A stretch of 63,958 nucleotides of DNA, the filler included, from Lama guanicoe (lineage: Eukaryota): NCBI GenBank assembly GCA_013239625.1. It is 208 parts of 208 records of this genome, joined end to end, with 100 filler letters (N's around TTAATTAATTAA, not from the genome) between each part and the next. Parts side by side here need not be neighbours in the genome. Positions count along the whole stretch, not along the records: positions 12,626 to 12,832 come from PNXV01034618.1; positions 12,933 to 13,140 come from PNXV01034619.1; positions 13,241 to 13,448 come from PNXV01034620.1; positions 13,549 to 13,756 come from PNXV01034621.1; positions 13,857 to 14,064 come from PNXV01034622.1; positions 14,165 to 14,372 come from PNXV01034623.1; positions 14,473 to 14,680 come from PNXV01034624.1; positions 14,781 to 14,988 come from PNXV01034625.1; 200 more parts are not named here. The stretch is one strand, 5' to 3'. Shown in pieces: positions 12,626 through 24,535 of the stretch. Under the pieces are notes generated by a model. The model saw only the letters and a list, made by a program, of their open reading frames with translations, had not been told where the DNA came from and ran no database searches. A program made the position numbers and the translations under genes. Numbering within the stretch: the first letter of the stretch is position 1; each line of letters opens with the position of its first letter.

Positions 12626-12832
12626 ATATATATGGGGAGGTTCAAGCTCCAACTCGATTTTACAGTGAAAACTGGAGGAACATCCAACCGGCACTAGGAA
12701 ATAGACTGAGAAACAAGAGAATGTGTTTCTCATGCAAACCGTTCCTTTTTTGATGGATGAACGAACGATCTCCACATGCTCAGTTCTGAGAGATACGTGT
12801 GGGTGAAAGCCTTCCTTCACATAGCTTGAAGG
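12626..12832 (+). repeat. ~248-bp-monomer satellite, copy 1
   Basis: Shares cacatgctcagttctgaga and atatatggggaggt motifs with 21249, 51123 and 54511 in circularly permuted order. Confidence 0.8.
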
Positions 12833-13304
12833 NNNNNNNNNNNNNNNNNNNNNNNNNNNNNNNNNNNNNNNNNNNNTTAATTAATTAANNNNNNNNNNNN
12901 NNNNNNNNNNNNNNNNNNNNNNNNNNNNNNNNTGCTTTTCTGTTTTTTATTATCTTTCAGATTTACCTTAGCCACACTTTAGAAAATAGCGTTCATTCCA
13001 AATAGGCCAGGAAATTGATCTAACGCTGGAAAGATTCACCCATAACATCTGAAAGTTTTTCCCACCAAAACATCTGCGGGAACTATGCTCACGGAAAGCC
13101 AAAATCGGTGAACTACTGTGGGAAAATGTGGGAATCCACANNNNNNNNNNNNNNNNNNNNNNNNNNNNNNNNNNNNNNNNNNNNTTAATTAATTAANNNN
13201 NNNNNNNNNNNNNNNNNNNNNNNNNNNNNNNNNNNNNNNNATGAGAGTTATACATCTATGTGAGTTTCCATCCATTCATTCAGGACGAGGCAGGAATAGG
13301 TTCT

Positions 13305-13448
13305 GTCTGGTCATTCATTCCTCTTAGTCATTCATTACACCTCCAACAAATGCGTATTAAATGCCTGCTGTGTGTAACACATGAGCTTGGCCCTGTGGAG
13401 ATTACAAGGTCCCTGCTGGGAAGGAATTTACAGCCTCTGAGAGGAAGA
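13305..13448 (-). mobile_element. L2 3' end
   Basis: cattcattc...caacaaatgcgtattaaatgcctgctgtgtg...ggtccctgc. Confidence 0.6.
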
Positions 13449-13548
13449 NNNNNNNNNNNNNNNNNNNNNNNNNNNNNNNNNNNNNNNNNNNNTTAATTAA
13501 TTAANNNNNNNNNNNNNNNNNNNNNNNNNNNNNNNNNNNNNNNNNNNN

Positions 13549-13756
13549 TGTTTTCTTCAAGTAGTTTTACAGTTTTAAGTCTTACATTTAAGCCTTCAGT
13601 CCACTTTGAGTTAACTTTTGTGAGTGCTGCAAGAACAGGGTCCAGTTGTGTTCATCTGTAGGTCATTATCCAGTTTTTCCCGTGCAGTTTATTGAAAAGA
13701 CTGTATTTTCCCCATTACTTCTTCTTGGCTCCCTTGTGAAATATTTGTTGACTGCA
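13549..13756 (-). mobile_element. L1 ORF2 fragment
   Basis: agttttacagttttaagtcttacatttaag...tttattgaaaagactgt. Confidence 0.85.
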
Positions 13757-14164
13757 NNNNNNNNNNNNNNNNNNNNNNNNNNNNNNNNNNNNNNNNNNNN
13801 TTAATTAATTAANNNNNNNNNNNNNNNNNNNNNNNNNNNNNNNNNNNNNNNNNNNNCTTTCACTAAAGCGGGTGAATAAAATTATCCTTAATTATGTTGT
13901 CGGGGCTGCATTTGAATACCCAGTTGTACCGGGGTACACAGATTTTGGGTCCACCAATTAAAATTCCGTTCAAAGATTTTTTTTTTAACTGTGTAGCAAA
14001 ACTTTAGAAAGTGACATTACATCAGATTTTATATTTTAAATATTGTCACTCATCAGATGGTGATNNNNNNNNNNNNNNNNNNNNNNNNNNNNNNNNNNNN
14101 NNNNNNNNTTAATTAATTAANNNNNNNNNNNNNNNNNNNNNNNNNNNNNNNNNNNNNNNNNNNN

Positions 14165-14372
14165 CAGTACACAAAATCTATGGGATGCAGGAAAAGCAGT
14201 CCTCGGAGGGAAGTTCATAGCAATACAGACCTTCCTCAAAAAATAAGAAAAATCTCAAATAAACAACCTAACCTACCACTTACAAGAATTTGAAAAAGAA
14301 CAAACAAAACCTAAAGTCAGCCGAAGGAAAGAAATGATAAAGATCAGGGAGGAAATAAACAAAACAGAGACT
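14165..14372 (+). mobile_element. L1 ORF2 fragment, inactivated
   Basis: Translates TQNLWDAGKAVLGGKFIAIQTFLKK*EKSQINNL...RRKEMIKIREEINK, the L1 ORF2p NLWD-KAV-GKFIA motif; in-frame TAA at 14244-14246. Confidence 0.93.
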
Positions 14373-16764
14373 NNNNNNNNNNNNNNNNNNNNNNNNNNNN
14401 NNNNNNNNNNNNNNNNTTAATTAATTAANNNNNNNNNNNNNNNNNNNNNNNNNNNNNNNNNNNNNNNNNNNNCAGTCACGCAGACTCTCTCTCTGACACG
14501 GTGTGGTCTGACTCTACCTGGAGTCTCCTTTCATACATACTCAGCGGTCTTTCACTGATTTCAGTAGGCGATTCACATCTGTGCAAACCACCACCTATGG
14601 GCATTTATAACTTTGCATTTCTTTATTATAGATAACAACAAACTAGAATGTTTTCCTAAAAAGCAAGCGGACAATATGAGNNNNNNNNNNNNNNNNNNNN
14701 NNNNNNNNNNNNNNNNNNNNNNNNTTAATTAATTAANNNNNNNNNNNNNNNNNNNNNNNNNNNNNNNNNNNNNNNNNNNNGTGAGAGGACGCAAGCGGTG
14801 CTCTTCAGGACAAGCGCGGAAGGAGTCTCCCGAGAGTGAAACTGCGGGGCTGGGAGGGATAAAAGGGAGAGTGAAGATGCCTGAGGAGTCTATGAGAGGG
14901 CCGGGAAGAGAGGCAGGAACACAGCGGTGGACGCACAGGAAGCAGACGGTAGGACTGGGCCTCCATCCCGATAGGTCTGCGACCCCTGNNNNNNNNNNNN
15001 NNNNNNNNNNNNNNNNNNNNNNNNNNNNNNNNTTAATTAATTAANNNNNNNNNNNNNNNNNNNNNNNNNNNNNNNNNNNNNNNNNNNNTTTGAGGGAGAA
15101 ATTTATCTGAAGGTGAAGGATCATTTCTGCTTTTTCCTCTAGTATTTTGGAACACGTACCTCGCACTGAAGTTTCATTTTGGATTACGTTTGTGCTCGTG
15201 TTTATTTAGAGTCTAAAATTCACATCTACGCTTTCCCGGACCCCATGAGGACTCACTCCCTTAGGCTGGGGAGCCTTTCTGGTTCTCCGTGTCTCCNNNN
15301 NNNNNNNNNNNNNNNNNNNNNNNNNNNNNNNNNNNNNNNNTTAATTAATTAANNNNNNNNNNNNNNNNNNNNNNNNNNNNNNNNNNNNNNNNNNNNAAAA
15401 AAAAAAAAGTAAGAACCCAAAAGCTTGATAAGAGAGGATTGGTTTTAAATTAACATTCATCTGAGGGAACTGAAAATCTTTTTGGAAAATGTAAAAATAA
15501 ATAGAAAAAGTCTGTAATAAATTGTCAAATGTAAAAAAGAAGGTTACTCATAAGTATACAGAGAATGGCCCCAATTTCATTTTAAACTCAGAGTGAAAAA
15601 AAAANNNNNNNNNNNNNNNNNNNNNNNNNNNNNNNNNNNNNNNNNNNNTTAATTAATTAANNNNNNNNNNNNNNNNNNNNNNNNNNNNNNNNNNNNNNNN
15701 NNNNAGCAGATTTTAAATGGTCCAATTTGACTTCAAAAATAAGAATTCACTGCAACTTCAGTGGTAGTACAGCAATGAAGTATAAATGCGCTAACAGCAA
15801 CAGCAGAAATCACTGTTTACTTTCATTTTAGTATGTACTCTAAACGTATACCAAAATGTAATGTGAAACATAAGTTTTGGCGAGTATTAACGTCAGAAAC
15901 ATGATTCCAGTGNNNNNNNNNNNNNNNNNNNNNNNNNNNNNNNNNNNNNNNNNNNNTTAATTAATTAANNNNNNNNNNNNNNNNNNNNNNNNNNNNNNNN
16001 NNNNNNNNNNNNTTTTTTCTTTTTTTTTTTTTTGCACTCCAAAGGTATATGATTTTATTCTTAATATCTAATCTTAACATGGCATTGAAACATGAAATTA
16101 AAACAAACCCCTGATGCCCCCATAAGAATAAATGTAGCCATATTTTGACATGGAATTGAAAATAATAAGGTTAATAGCCATTTTGGCTTTCAGCAGATCC
16201 ATTCCACAAAATAAATAACANNNNNNNNNNNNNNNNNNNNNNNNNNNNNNNNNNNNNNNNNNNNTTAATTAATTAANNNNNNNNNNNNNNNNNNNNNNNN
16301 NNNNNNNNNNNNNNNNNNNNTTAGCAAACCAATTAGATCCAAGGACAGAACCCTTTCAGCAACACTTACATAGGTTTATAACAGAGATTGAGTGATAACC
16401 ATATGATACCTGCTGAAATTAAATGCTTGCTCAGGGGGAGATGGGGTAATGCCTTTAGTTCAGGTATTTTACTCAATTACTTTTTCTTCTGAGATAAAAC
16501 ACAAAGTGATCCTACAGTTTTCATGGGCNNNNNNNNNNNNNNNNNNNNNNNNNNNNNNNNNNNNNNNNNNNNTTAATTAATTAANNNNNNNNNNNNNNNN
16601 NNNNNNNNNNNNNNNNNNNNNNNNNNNNTTCACCATAAAGACAGATTCTCTTGAGAAATAAATTAGGGTGCCAGCAGGTATCTGCTGTCAAAATCATGAC
16701 AGTGGAACTTTTTTTTCCCCCCAGGATAGAAAAGGGCCCTAAAAAAAGCAATGGTAGTTTTTTT

Positions 16765-16836
16765 CTTTCATATGATGAAAAAACTGTTGCCTCTGAGGGT
16801 CAAGCGACTGGACCAAGGTCACACACAGAGAGTCAG
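16765..16836 (-). mobile_element. MIR core fragment
   Basis: tttcatatgatgaaaaaactg...ccaaggtcacacacag. Confidence 0.55.
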
Positions 16837-16936
16837 NNNNNNNNNNNNNNNNNNNNNNNNNNNNNNNNNNNNNNNNNNNNTTAATTAATTAANNNNNNNN
16901 NNNNNNNNNNNNNNNNNNNNNNNNNNNNNNNNNNNN

Positions 16937-17144
16937 GACTAAATCCACCCCTCCCCCAATTTTATATGTTGAATCCCTAACCTGTTGTGTGACATTTTTC
17001 GGCAATAGGGCCTTTAAATAAGTAATTACATTTAAATGAGGTCATAAGGGTTGGGCCCTGATCCAGTAGGACTACTGTCCCTACAAGAGGAAGAAACATC
17101 GGGATGAGCACACACAGAGAAAAGACCAAGGAGGACATAATGAG
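16937..17144 (+). mobile_element. MaLR LTR MLT1A/B-like
   Basis: ttatatgttgaatccctaacc...atagggcctttaa...aaatgaggtcataagggttgggccctgatcca...gtccctacaagagg. Confidence 0.88.
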
Positions 17145-17368
17145 NNNNNNNNNNNNNNNNNNNNNNNNNNNNNNNNNNNNNNNNNNNNTTAATTAATTAA
17201 NNNNNNNNNNNNNNNNNNNNNNNNNNNNNNNNNNNNNNNNNNNNTCTGGAAGGCACAGCTCAACTCCTCACCACACTGCTTCTCACATCAAGTATAAGAA
17301 TGACCTGTTATCATGGAAGCAGGAGCTGGATGACATTCTGGGGCCATCATACTAAGAATGAATCGGGC

Positions 17369-17452
17369 GACTCACAGACATGGAAAACAAACTTATGGTT
17401 ACCGGACAAGGGGGGCGGGGAGCGTGTAGGGGGATAAATTGGGAGTTCAGGA
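17369..17452 (+). mobile_element. L1 3' UTR fragment, 5'-truncated
   Basis: gactcacagacatggaaaacaaacttatggttacc...gggataaattgggagtt. Confidence 0.85.
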
Positions 17453-18168
17453 NNNNNNNNNNNNNNNNNNNNNNNNNNNNNNNNNNNNNNNNNNNNTTAA
17501 TTAATTAANNNNNNNNNNNNNNNNNNNNNNNNNNNNNNNNNNNNNNNNNNNNGGGGGGAAAAGGAGGGAGGATTATTACTGAATTAAAGATATTTAAGGG
17601 ATGTTGTTCAGATGCTGAACATTTTTATAACATTTTTATAACTAACACCCTTCAGACCCCAGAAAACGCATCTCCATATCACTTTCTTTTTGTCATCAAC
17701 AGTCAGCTGCCTCTGAAAGCTCTGAAGCCTTTTGTGTTCTTCCCAGCCACCATCAGAGACNNNNNNNNNNNNNNNNNNNNNNNNNNNNNNNNNNNNNNNN
17801 NNNNTTAATTAATTAANNNNNNNNNNNNNNNNNNNNNNNNNNNNNNNNNNNNNNNNNNNNACACCTCGAGCCATCGTCTCACCGAGGCCTCCCCACATCC
17901 AGGGAGAACTGCTGTGGCTGTTTCCAGCCTCTGAGGCTCCCGCTGGGAGAGCGGGGGCCACCCCTCCCAGGAAGCGTCACGCTGCATGGCTCTGAGCTTT
18001 CCTGGATGGGAGGATGGTTAGGGGCAACGCAGAGGGAAGCCCAGCTTTGCAGAGCCCCGCTCCCACCCNNNNNNNNNNNNNNNNNNNNNNNNNNNNNNNN
18101 NNNNNNNNNNNNTTAATTAATTAANNNNNNNNNNNNNNNNNNNNNNNNNNNNNNNNNNNNNNNNNNNN

Positions 18169-18376
18169 TATTTTTTTCATTAAGGGTTATTACAAGATAT
18201 TGAACATAGTTTCCTCTGATATACAGAAGAAACGTTTAATACCTATTTTTATATATAGTGGCTAATATTTGCAAATCTCAAACTCCAAAATTTACCCCTT
18301 CCAACCCCATTTCCTGGGTAACCGTAAGACTGTTTGCTAAGTCTGCGAGTGTATTTCTGTTTTGTAGGTGAGTCAT
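18169..18376 (-). mobile_element. L1 3' UTR
   Basis: Reverse-complement homolog of 8007 (ggttattacaagatattgaacatagtt...ggtaacc). Confidence 0.85.
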
Positions 18377-20632
18377 NNNNNNNNNNNNNNNNNNNNNNNN
18401 NNNNNNNNNNNNNNNNNNNNTTAATTAATTAANNNNNNNNNNNNNNNNNNNNNNNNNNNNNNNNNNNNNNNNNNNNTTAGGCAGAGCCTGAGAAAGCCCT
18501 GCCTCATGGTGTGGAGGATTTATATTCAATTAATCGTTCAGAGCAGGACAAAAACTGCCCAGGAGGATGTGGGAGCCCTTGTCGATAAGACAGCTCCCTC
18601 CTGCACTCCTAATTCTGCCATGGTCAGTCCAGTCCCCCAGGGACCATGGTAGCCTGGGGCACTGTCCCCATCAGACAGAAGGATNNNNNNNNNNNNNNNN
18701 NNNNNNNNNNNNNNNNNNNNNNNNNNNNTTAATTAATTAANNNNNNNNNNNNNNNNNNNNNNNNNNNNNNNNNNNNNNNNNNNNGGCTGTGTCAGGCCCT
18801 GTGATGCTCAAACTCTGGCACTTTGGCCAAGTAAAGAGTGTGCAAGAGTAGAGCTCAACCACAAGAGCCCCAGAAAGCCCAGGGGCACAGCACTATGCTT
18901 CCAAAGGAGCCCTGCACACTGGAGAGCTCCACGTATCTGTGGTGCAAGACTGGCAAAGGTCATCCGTGCAGGGGAAGTGAGAGTGGCCGCCTNNNNNNNN
19001 NNNNNNNNNNNNNNNNNNNNNNNNNNNNNNNNNNNNTTAATTAATTAANNNNNNNNNNNNNNNNNNNNNNNNNNNNNNNNNNNNNNNNNNNNTCACGTCT
19101 TTAGTATCAGTGTTACTAGAATAGAACAATCATTAAATTCAGAGTTAACTGAAAAAAATTTTTTTTAAATATGAAGAAAAAACCCAAAGAAAAGAATATG
19201 TTAGAAATTTCAGAAACTGGGAAACAAGAGTGTGAGCAAGAAAGTGAGAATGTGCCATTTGTGATAAATGGTCGTGCCTCACTGTGGCCACCAATGTGCA
19301 NNNNNNNNNNNNNNNNNNNNNNNNNNNNNNNNNNNNNNNNNNNNTTAATTAATTAANNNNNNNNNNNNNNNNNNNNNNNNNNNNNNNNNNNNNNNNNNNN
19401 GTACATCTGACATGAGTTCCTGCAGAAGGTAGCCTGTCTCTCTCACTTAGCAAATAAAGAACTTTTGGCTCAAAGAGGGGGAGAGAGATGCACAAAGCTC
19501 CACAGCTTTTAGAAACAAGAATGCAGATCCCCTCTACCTCCTGCCCACACTCGTACACCCTCTCTTTCTATCCTCCACCTTACTTTAATTTCACAGTACT
19601 AGTTAGTANNNNNNNNNNNNNNNNNNNNNNNNNNNNNNNNNNNNNNNNNNNNTTAATTAATTAANNNNNNNNNNNNNNNNNNNNNNNNNNNNNNNNNNNN
19701 NNNNNNNNTTTATAGAAGGAAAAAGACACGTTCTAGGAGAAAGTGATGCTATTTGTGGGGTATCTATCTATCATATTCTAGATACTATATTAGGCACATC
19801 ATGTGCTTTATGTTATTTAACACTTAAACAGTATGTAAGGGTACTTTACCCATCCCTGAGTGGATCTGATTGTCTGTGTTCTCACAACACAGAGCTGAAG
19901 TAAACAGCACAAACGANNNNNNNNNNNNNNNNNNNNNNNNNNNNNNNNNNNNNNNNNNNNTTAATTAATTAANNNNNNNNNNNNNNNNNNNNNNNNNNNN
20001 NNNNNNNNNNNNNNNNACTATATTCAAAACAGAGGTTTCTTACTGATGTGGGCAGCAGTGGAGCTTAAACAACATTAGATTATTTTTTGCATGTGAAAGT
20101 GGAAAAGGAAGTAAGAGACAGACAGCATCCATCACGTATAGCACTGGAGACTCCAAACTCCAGAATTAGTGCTCTAAACCCAGAAAGGCAATTTAAAAAA
20201 GGGGTTGGGGGAGAAGTAAGACTANNNNNNNNNNNNNNNNNNNNNNNNNNNNNNNNNNNNNNNNNNNNTTAATTAATTAANNNNNNNNNNNNNNNNNNNN
20301 NNNNNNNNNNNNNNNNNNNNNNNNTTTTTGAGAGTTCACTTTACTTCTGGTAGGATTTGAGGCAGTTTTAAACAAGGCTTCCTAAAAATGCCTATTCACT
20401 TGGCTTGCTGCAAAACACTACTTTTTCTCCTTATTCCTTCTTGCTGCTAAAATATAGATGTTTCTTAAGGTAAAGTCCTTACGTTTGTCTTCCCTCCCCT
20501 CTCCCCTCCTCTTTGTCTTTACACATACATCCNNNNNNNNNNNNNNNNNNNNNNNNNNNNNNNNNNNNNNNNNNNNTTAATTAATTAANNNNNNNNNNNN
20601 NNNNNNNNNNNNNNNNNNNNNNNNNNNNNNNN

Positions 20633-21148
20633 ATTCTTGAACGAGTAACTGCTCTGATTGAATTATCTCAAATCAAGATATGTAACAATTAGAAACAAAT
20701 CAGCAGCAGAACAATCAATACGCTGATGAAAAATGTATACCAAACAATTACGATATGACACTTCAGATTATGTAGCTGTCAAAACTCTACTTCTCAGCAT
20801 GATGCAAAATCTGGAAATCAACCAGAATATTTTCGAATACNNNNNNNNNNNNNNNNNNNNNNNNNNNNNNNNNNNNNNNNNNNNTTAATTAATTAANNNN
20901 NNNNNNNNNNNNNNNNNNNNNNNNNNNNNNNNNNNNNNNNATTCTTGAACGAGTAACTGCTCTGATTGAATTATCTCAAATCAAGATATATAACAATTAG
21001 AAACAAATCAGCAGCAGAACAATCAATACACTGATGAAAAATGTATACCAAACAATTACAATATGACACTTCAGATTATGTAGCTGTCAAAACTCTACCT
21101 CTCAGCATGATGCAAAATCTGGAAATCAACCAGAATATTTTCGAATAC
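20633..21148. repeat. Two near-identical contigs (20633-20840, 20941-21148): assembly bubble arms
   Basis: Identical ends; 4 substitutions at contig offsets 50, 90, 120, 159. Confidence 0.92.
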
Positions 21149-21248
21149 NNNNNNNNNNNNNNNNNNNNNNNNNNNNNNNNNNNNNNNNNNNNTTAATTAA
21201 TTAANNNNNNNNNNNNNNNNNNNNNNNNNNNNNNNNNNNNNNNNNNNN

Positions 21249-21456
21249 AGGAGAAACACTTTCACTGGTTTCTCAGTGTGTTTCCAAGTGTCGGTTGAAA
21301 TTTCTGCACTTTTCACTGTAAAACTGTGATGGAGGTTGTACCTCCCCATGTATATGTATGTAGAGTAGTTGGAAACTGGAGAGAAAATTTGCGTTCCCTT
21401 TAAGATTGTTGAAGGATGGTTTTCACACACAGTTATTTCTCAGAACTGAGCATGTG
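21249..21456 (-). repeat. ~248-bp-monomer satellite, copy 2
   Basis: Reverse complement aligns to 12626 and 54511. Confidence 0.8.
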
Positions 21457-21556
21457 NNNNNNNNNNNNNNNNNNNNNNNNNNNNNNNNNNNNNNNNNNNN
21501 TTAATTAATTAANNNNNNNNNNNNNNNNNNNNNNNNNNNNNNNNNNNNNNNNNNNN

Positions 21557-21764
21557 AGATCTGAGCCTCAGAGGCTCCCCCTCCATCCTGCTGGCCTCTC
21601 CTTTGGAGAGGGGGAGACCCAGCGAATGAGTGCCAGCCCTCCTTTGCTGCTCTCTCCCTGTGGGACTGGATCCGCCCTGTTTTGCCTTTTCATCTTCCTT
21701 TTTTTTTCCCCTTTTTCCTACCAGATTTTTGGCGTCTTTGTCTTTTGAAGAGGACAATGTTCTG
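21557..21764 (-). mobile_element. Interspersed repeat, probable L1 5' UTR
   Basis: ctccctgtggga...gttttgccttttc...cctaccagat...tcttttgaagaggacaatgttct shared with 34183. Confidence 0.55.
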
Positions 21765-22172
21765 NNNNNNNNNNNNNNNNNNNNNNNNNNNNNNNNNNNN
21801 NNNNNNNNTTAATTAATTAANNNNNNNNNNNNNNNNNNNNNNNNNNNNNNNNNNNNNNNNNNNNGTCTTTGAAGTTTTGATGGCATTCCCATATGAACTC
21901 AACTGAACCTGGTGGACATTTTTTATGGGGGGAGACAAGCAGATTTTTTTTACAACTTTAGTAGCTCTATGGAAACTGAACTGTCTCAAATGTTAAGTTC
22001 TACTGGGTTCAGCTTTGGTTAGGTGCATTTTCTTAAGAAAATATCTACTTCATATAGATTTTCAACTTTATTNNNNNNNNNNNNNNNNNNNNNNNNNNNN
22101 NNNNNNNNNNNNNNNNTTAATTAATTAANNNNNNNNNNNNNNNNNNNNNNNNNNNNNNNNNNNNNNNNNNNN

Positions 22173-22380
22173 GTCTCAAAAACTGGTTCAGGGGCAATTA
22201 ATTTAAAAAAACATATAGAATAAAGAGAACATAGACACAAACTACAACTGATAGCAAAATTCACTCATGTTTGCCCATAGGCAAATTTAAATGGCAAAAC
22301 TATAAGGATCTTAAAAGGAAAAGGGAGAAAACCTGTAAGACCCTGGGCCTGGTGATGAGTTTTAACTCACAACAACAAAT
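22173..22380 (+). mobile_element. Old L1 ORF2 fragment
   Basis: aaaactataaggatcttaaaaggaaaagggagaaaacctg...ccctgggcctggtgatgagtttt. Confidence 0.7.
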
Positions 22381-23440
22381 NNNNNNNNNNNNNNNNNNNN
22401 NNNNNNNNNNNNNNNNNNNNNNNNTTAATTAATTAANNNNNNNNNNNNNNNNNNNNNNNNNNNNNNNNNNNNNNNNNNNNGAAAATATTTGCATTTGTAA
22501 GAAATCCTGGATCAGCTGTGAATTCTGCCAAGGTCTGGAATTACTCATTGCTGGCTAATGATTCACGGCCACACGAGCGCCTTAGCAGGACACTGTCATC
22601 ACTCAGGGTGCAGATTTAGCAGTCAGATGTGGTCAACACCATTAGGCTAACAACATGGTTGATTAAAAATATATTCGGGGTCCCTATCNNNNNNNNNNNN
22701 NNNNNNNNNNNNNNNNNNNNNNNNNNNNNNNNTTAATTAATTAANNNNNNNNNNNNNNNNNNNNNNNNNNNNNNNNNNNNNNNNNNNNTTGCTAACATAT
22801 TGCTAATAGAAATTCCTGTTTGGTGAAGGAGGGCCCAGCGTCTAAGCAGAGTTCCTTCTTAAAGGAAAGAGAGGAAAAGTGAAAATTGGTTGGCCCTGCG
22901 TTGACTTAGGGTAATGCTGTCTTGGTGTGTGTGTGACCCATAGATATAGGAGGTGGTTGGGGTTAGGACTCTGGATTGGTTGGTTTGCATAATAAANNNN
23001 NNNNNNNNNNNNNNNNNNNNNNNNNNNNNNNNNNNNNNNNTTAATTAATTAANNNNNNNNNNNNNNNNNNNNNNNNNNNNNNNNNNNNNNNNNNNNTGTT
23101 GTAGTAGAAAGTGTTCTTACCTTACATAGACGTAGGTTCCTTCCGGGCTCATGATGAGGAGATCTAAGGCAATATTGCCACCACAAGGTCGCAGTTGTTT
23201 TGAGAGTGGCTAGAGTGACCTCGAGTCTGATACAGTTCAGAAAATTTAAGTTCTCGACAAGACAGAAGCTTGTTTGAAATCACATCCATACTGGCCATTT
23301 AGTTNNNNNNNNNNNNNNNNNNNNNNNNNNNNNNNNNNNNNNNNNNNNTTAATTAATTAANNNNNNNNNNNNNNNNNNNNNNNNNNNNNNNNNNNNNNNN
23401 NNNNCCCACCAAATCCTCCTCTCCAGACCCACCAGTGAAC

Positions 23441-23536
23441 CGTGTCCAGTCACGATGAGGCAGGCTTCTGCCTGCACCTTCCCAAAGACATTTTGAGCAT
23501 CACAGACGTACAGGGCCTGGTCTTCAGGGACCACAC
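23441..23536 (-). CDS. HMCN2: Internal 96-nt phase 1-1 exon of hemicentin-2 (Ig I-set domain C-terminal part)
   Basis: Acceptor ctctttcctgccccgcag, then [31 protein letters not shown], then GT. Has the Ig D-x-x-x-Y-x-C-x-A-x-N motif and matches recalled human HMCN2 [32 protein letters not shown]. Confidence 0.85.
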
Positions 23537-24503
23537 CTGCGGGGCAGGAAAGAGGCAGGCCTGACTGTCAGAGCAGACCATGGCTCCAGCCCCCACAGGC
23601 TCCAGCTCCCCANNNNNNNNNNNNNNNNNNNNNNNNNNNNNNNNNNNNNNNNNNNNTTAATTAATTAANNNNNNNNNNNNNNNNNNNNNNNNNNNNNNNN
23701 NNNNNNNNNNNNAGGACAGACTAAGCCCACCAGGCCCCACCCGAGGCTACGGCCTCCCTCCCCGCTGACTTCTTAGAAAAACCACCCCAGACCTGACATT
23801 CCAGGTCCTTCTAGCTTCAGCCCGTCCTGCCTCCGTCTCTGCAAAGGGCCACCTGCCACCAACAGGCTGGAAGGCCCCGGGCAATTCACTCCTTGACCCC
23901 ACCGGCTTCTTCCCAGGCCCNNNNNNNNNNNNNNNNNNNNNNNNNNNNNNNNNNNNNNNNNNNNTTAATTAATTAANNNNNNNNNNNNNNNNNNNNNNNN
24001 NNNNNNNNNNNNNNNNNNNNAGGCATACCAGCTGTGACCCTCTGATTGTGTTCAATGTTAGGCACTGGGCCCAGAGGTTAACACTCTGGTCATTGCTACT
24101 GGGGTATTAGTGATGCTCTCGGTAGGTGGCAACTGTGGCCACATGGTTCACTATTTTGGTTGTAGTGTTGATTAGAGATACCTCTGAAATAGCAGAGAAG
24201 AAAAATAGACCTCATCTGGTATCCAAGANNNNNNNNNNNNNNNNNNNNNNNNNNNNNNNNNNNNNNNNNNNNTTAATTAATTAANNNNNNNNNNNNNNNN
24301 NNNNNNNNNNNNNNNNNNNNNNNNNNNNAATTTTGCACAAATATTCATATCTTTGCTTCCTTGGCACATATAGGAGAATCTCTCTTCCTCTGGTGTGTCC
24401 CACAAAGCAGACTGTTTGTATAATTTGGAGATTTTATTATTTAAAAAAAAGGTCTGCAATAATTGCTCAAATTTTATTCTTCATTTATGCTTTGATCTCA
24501 CTA

Positions 24504-24505
<2 letters not shown>

Positions 24506-24535
<30 letters not shown>
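24506..24535. repeat. (GT)n microsatellite at contig end
   Basis: Directly visible. Confidence 0.95.

Noticed and set aside
24021..24228. Minus-strand Thr-rich exon-like segment after a strong acceptor
   Set aside because: All three frames hit stop codons before the candidate donor.
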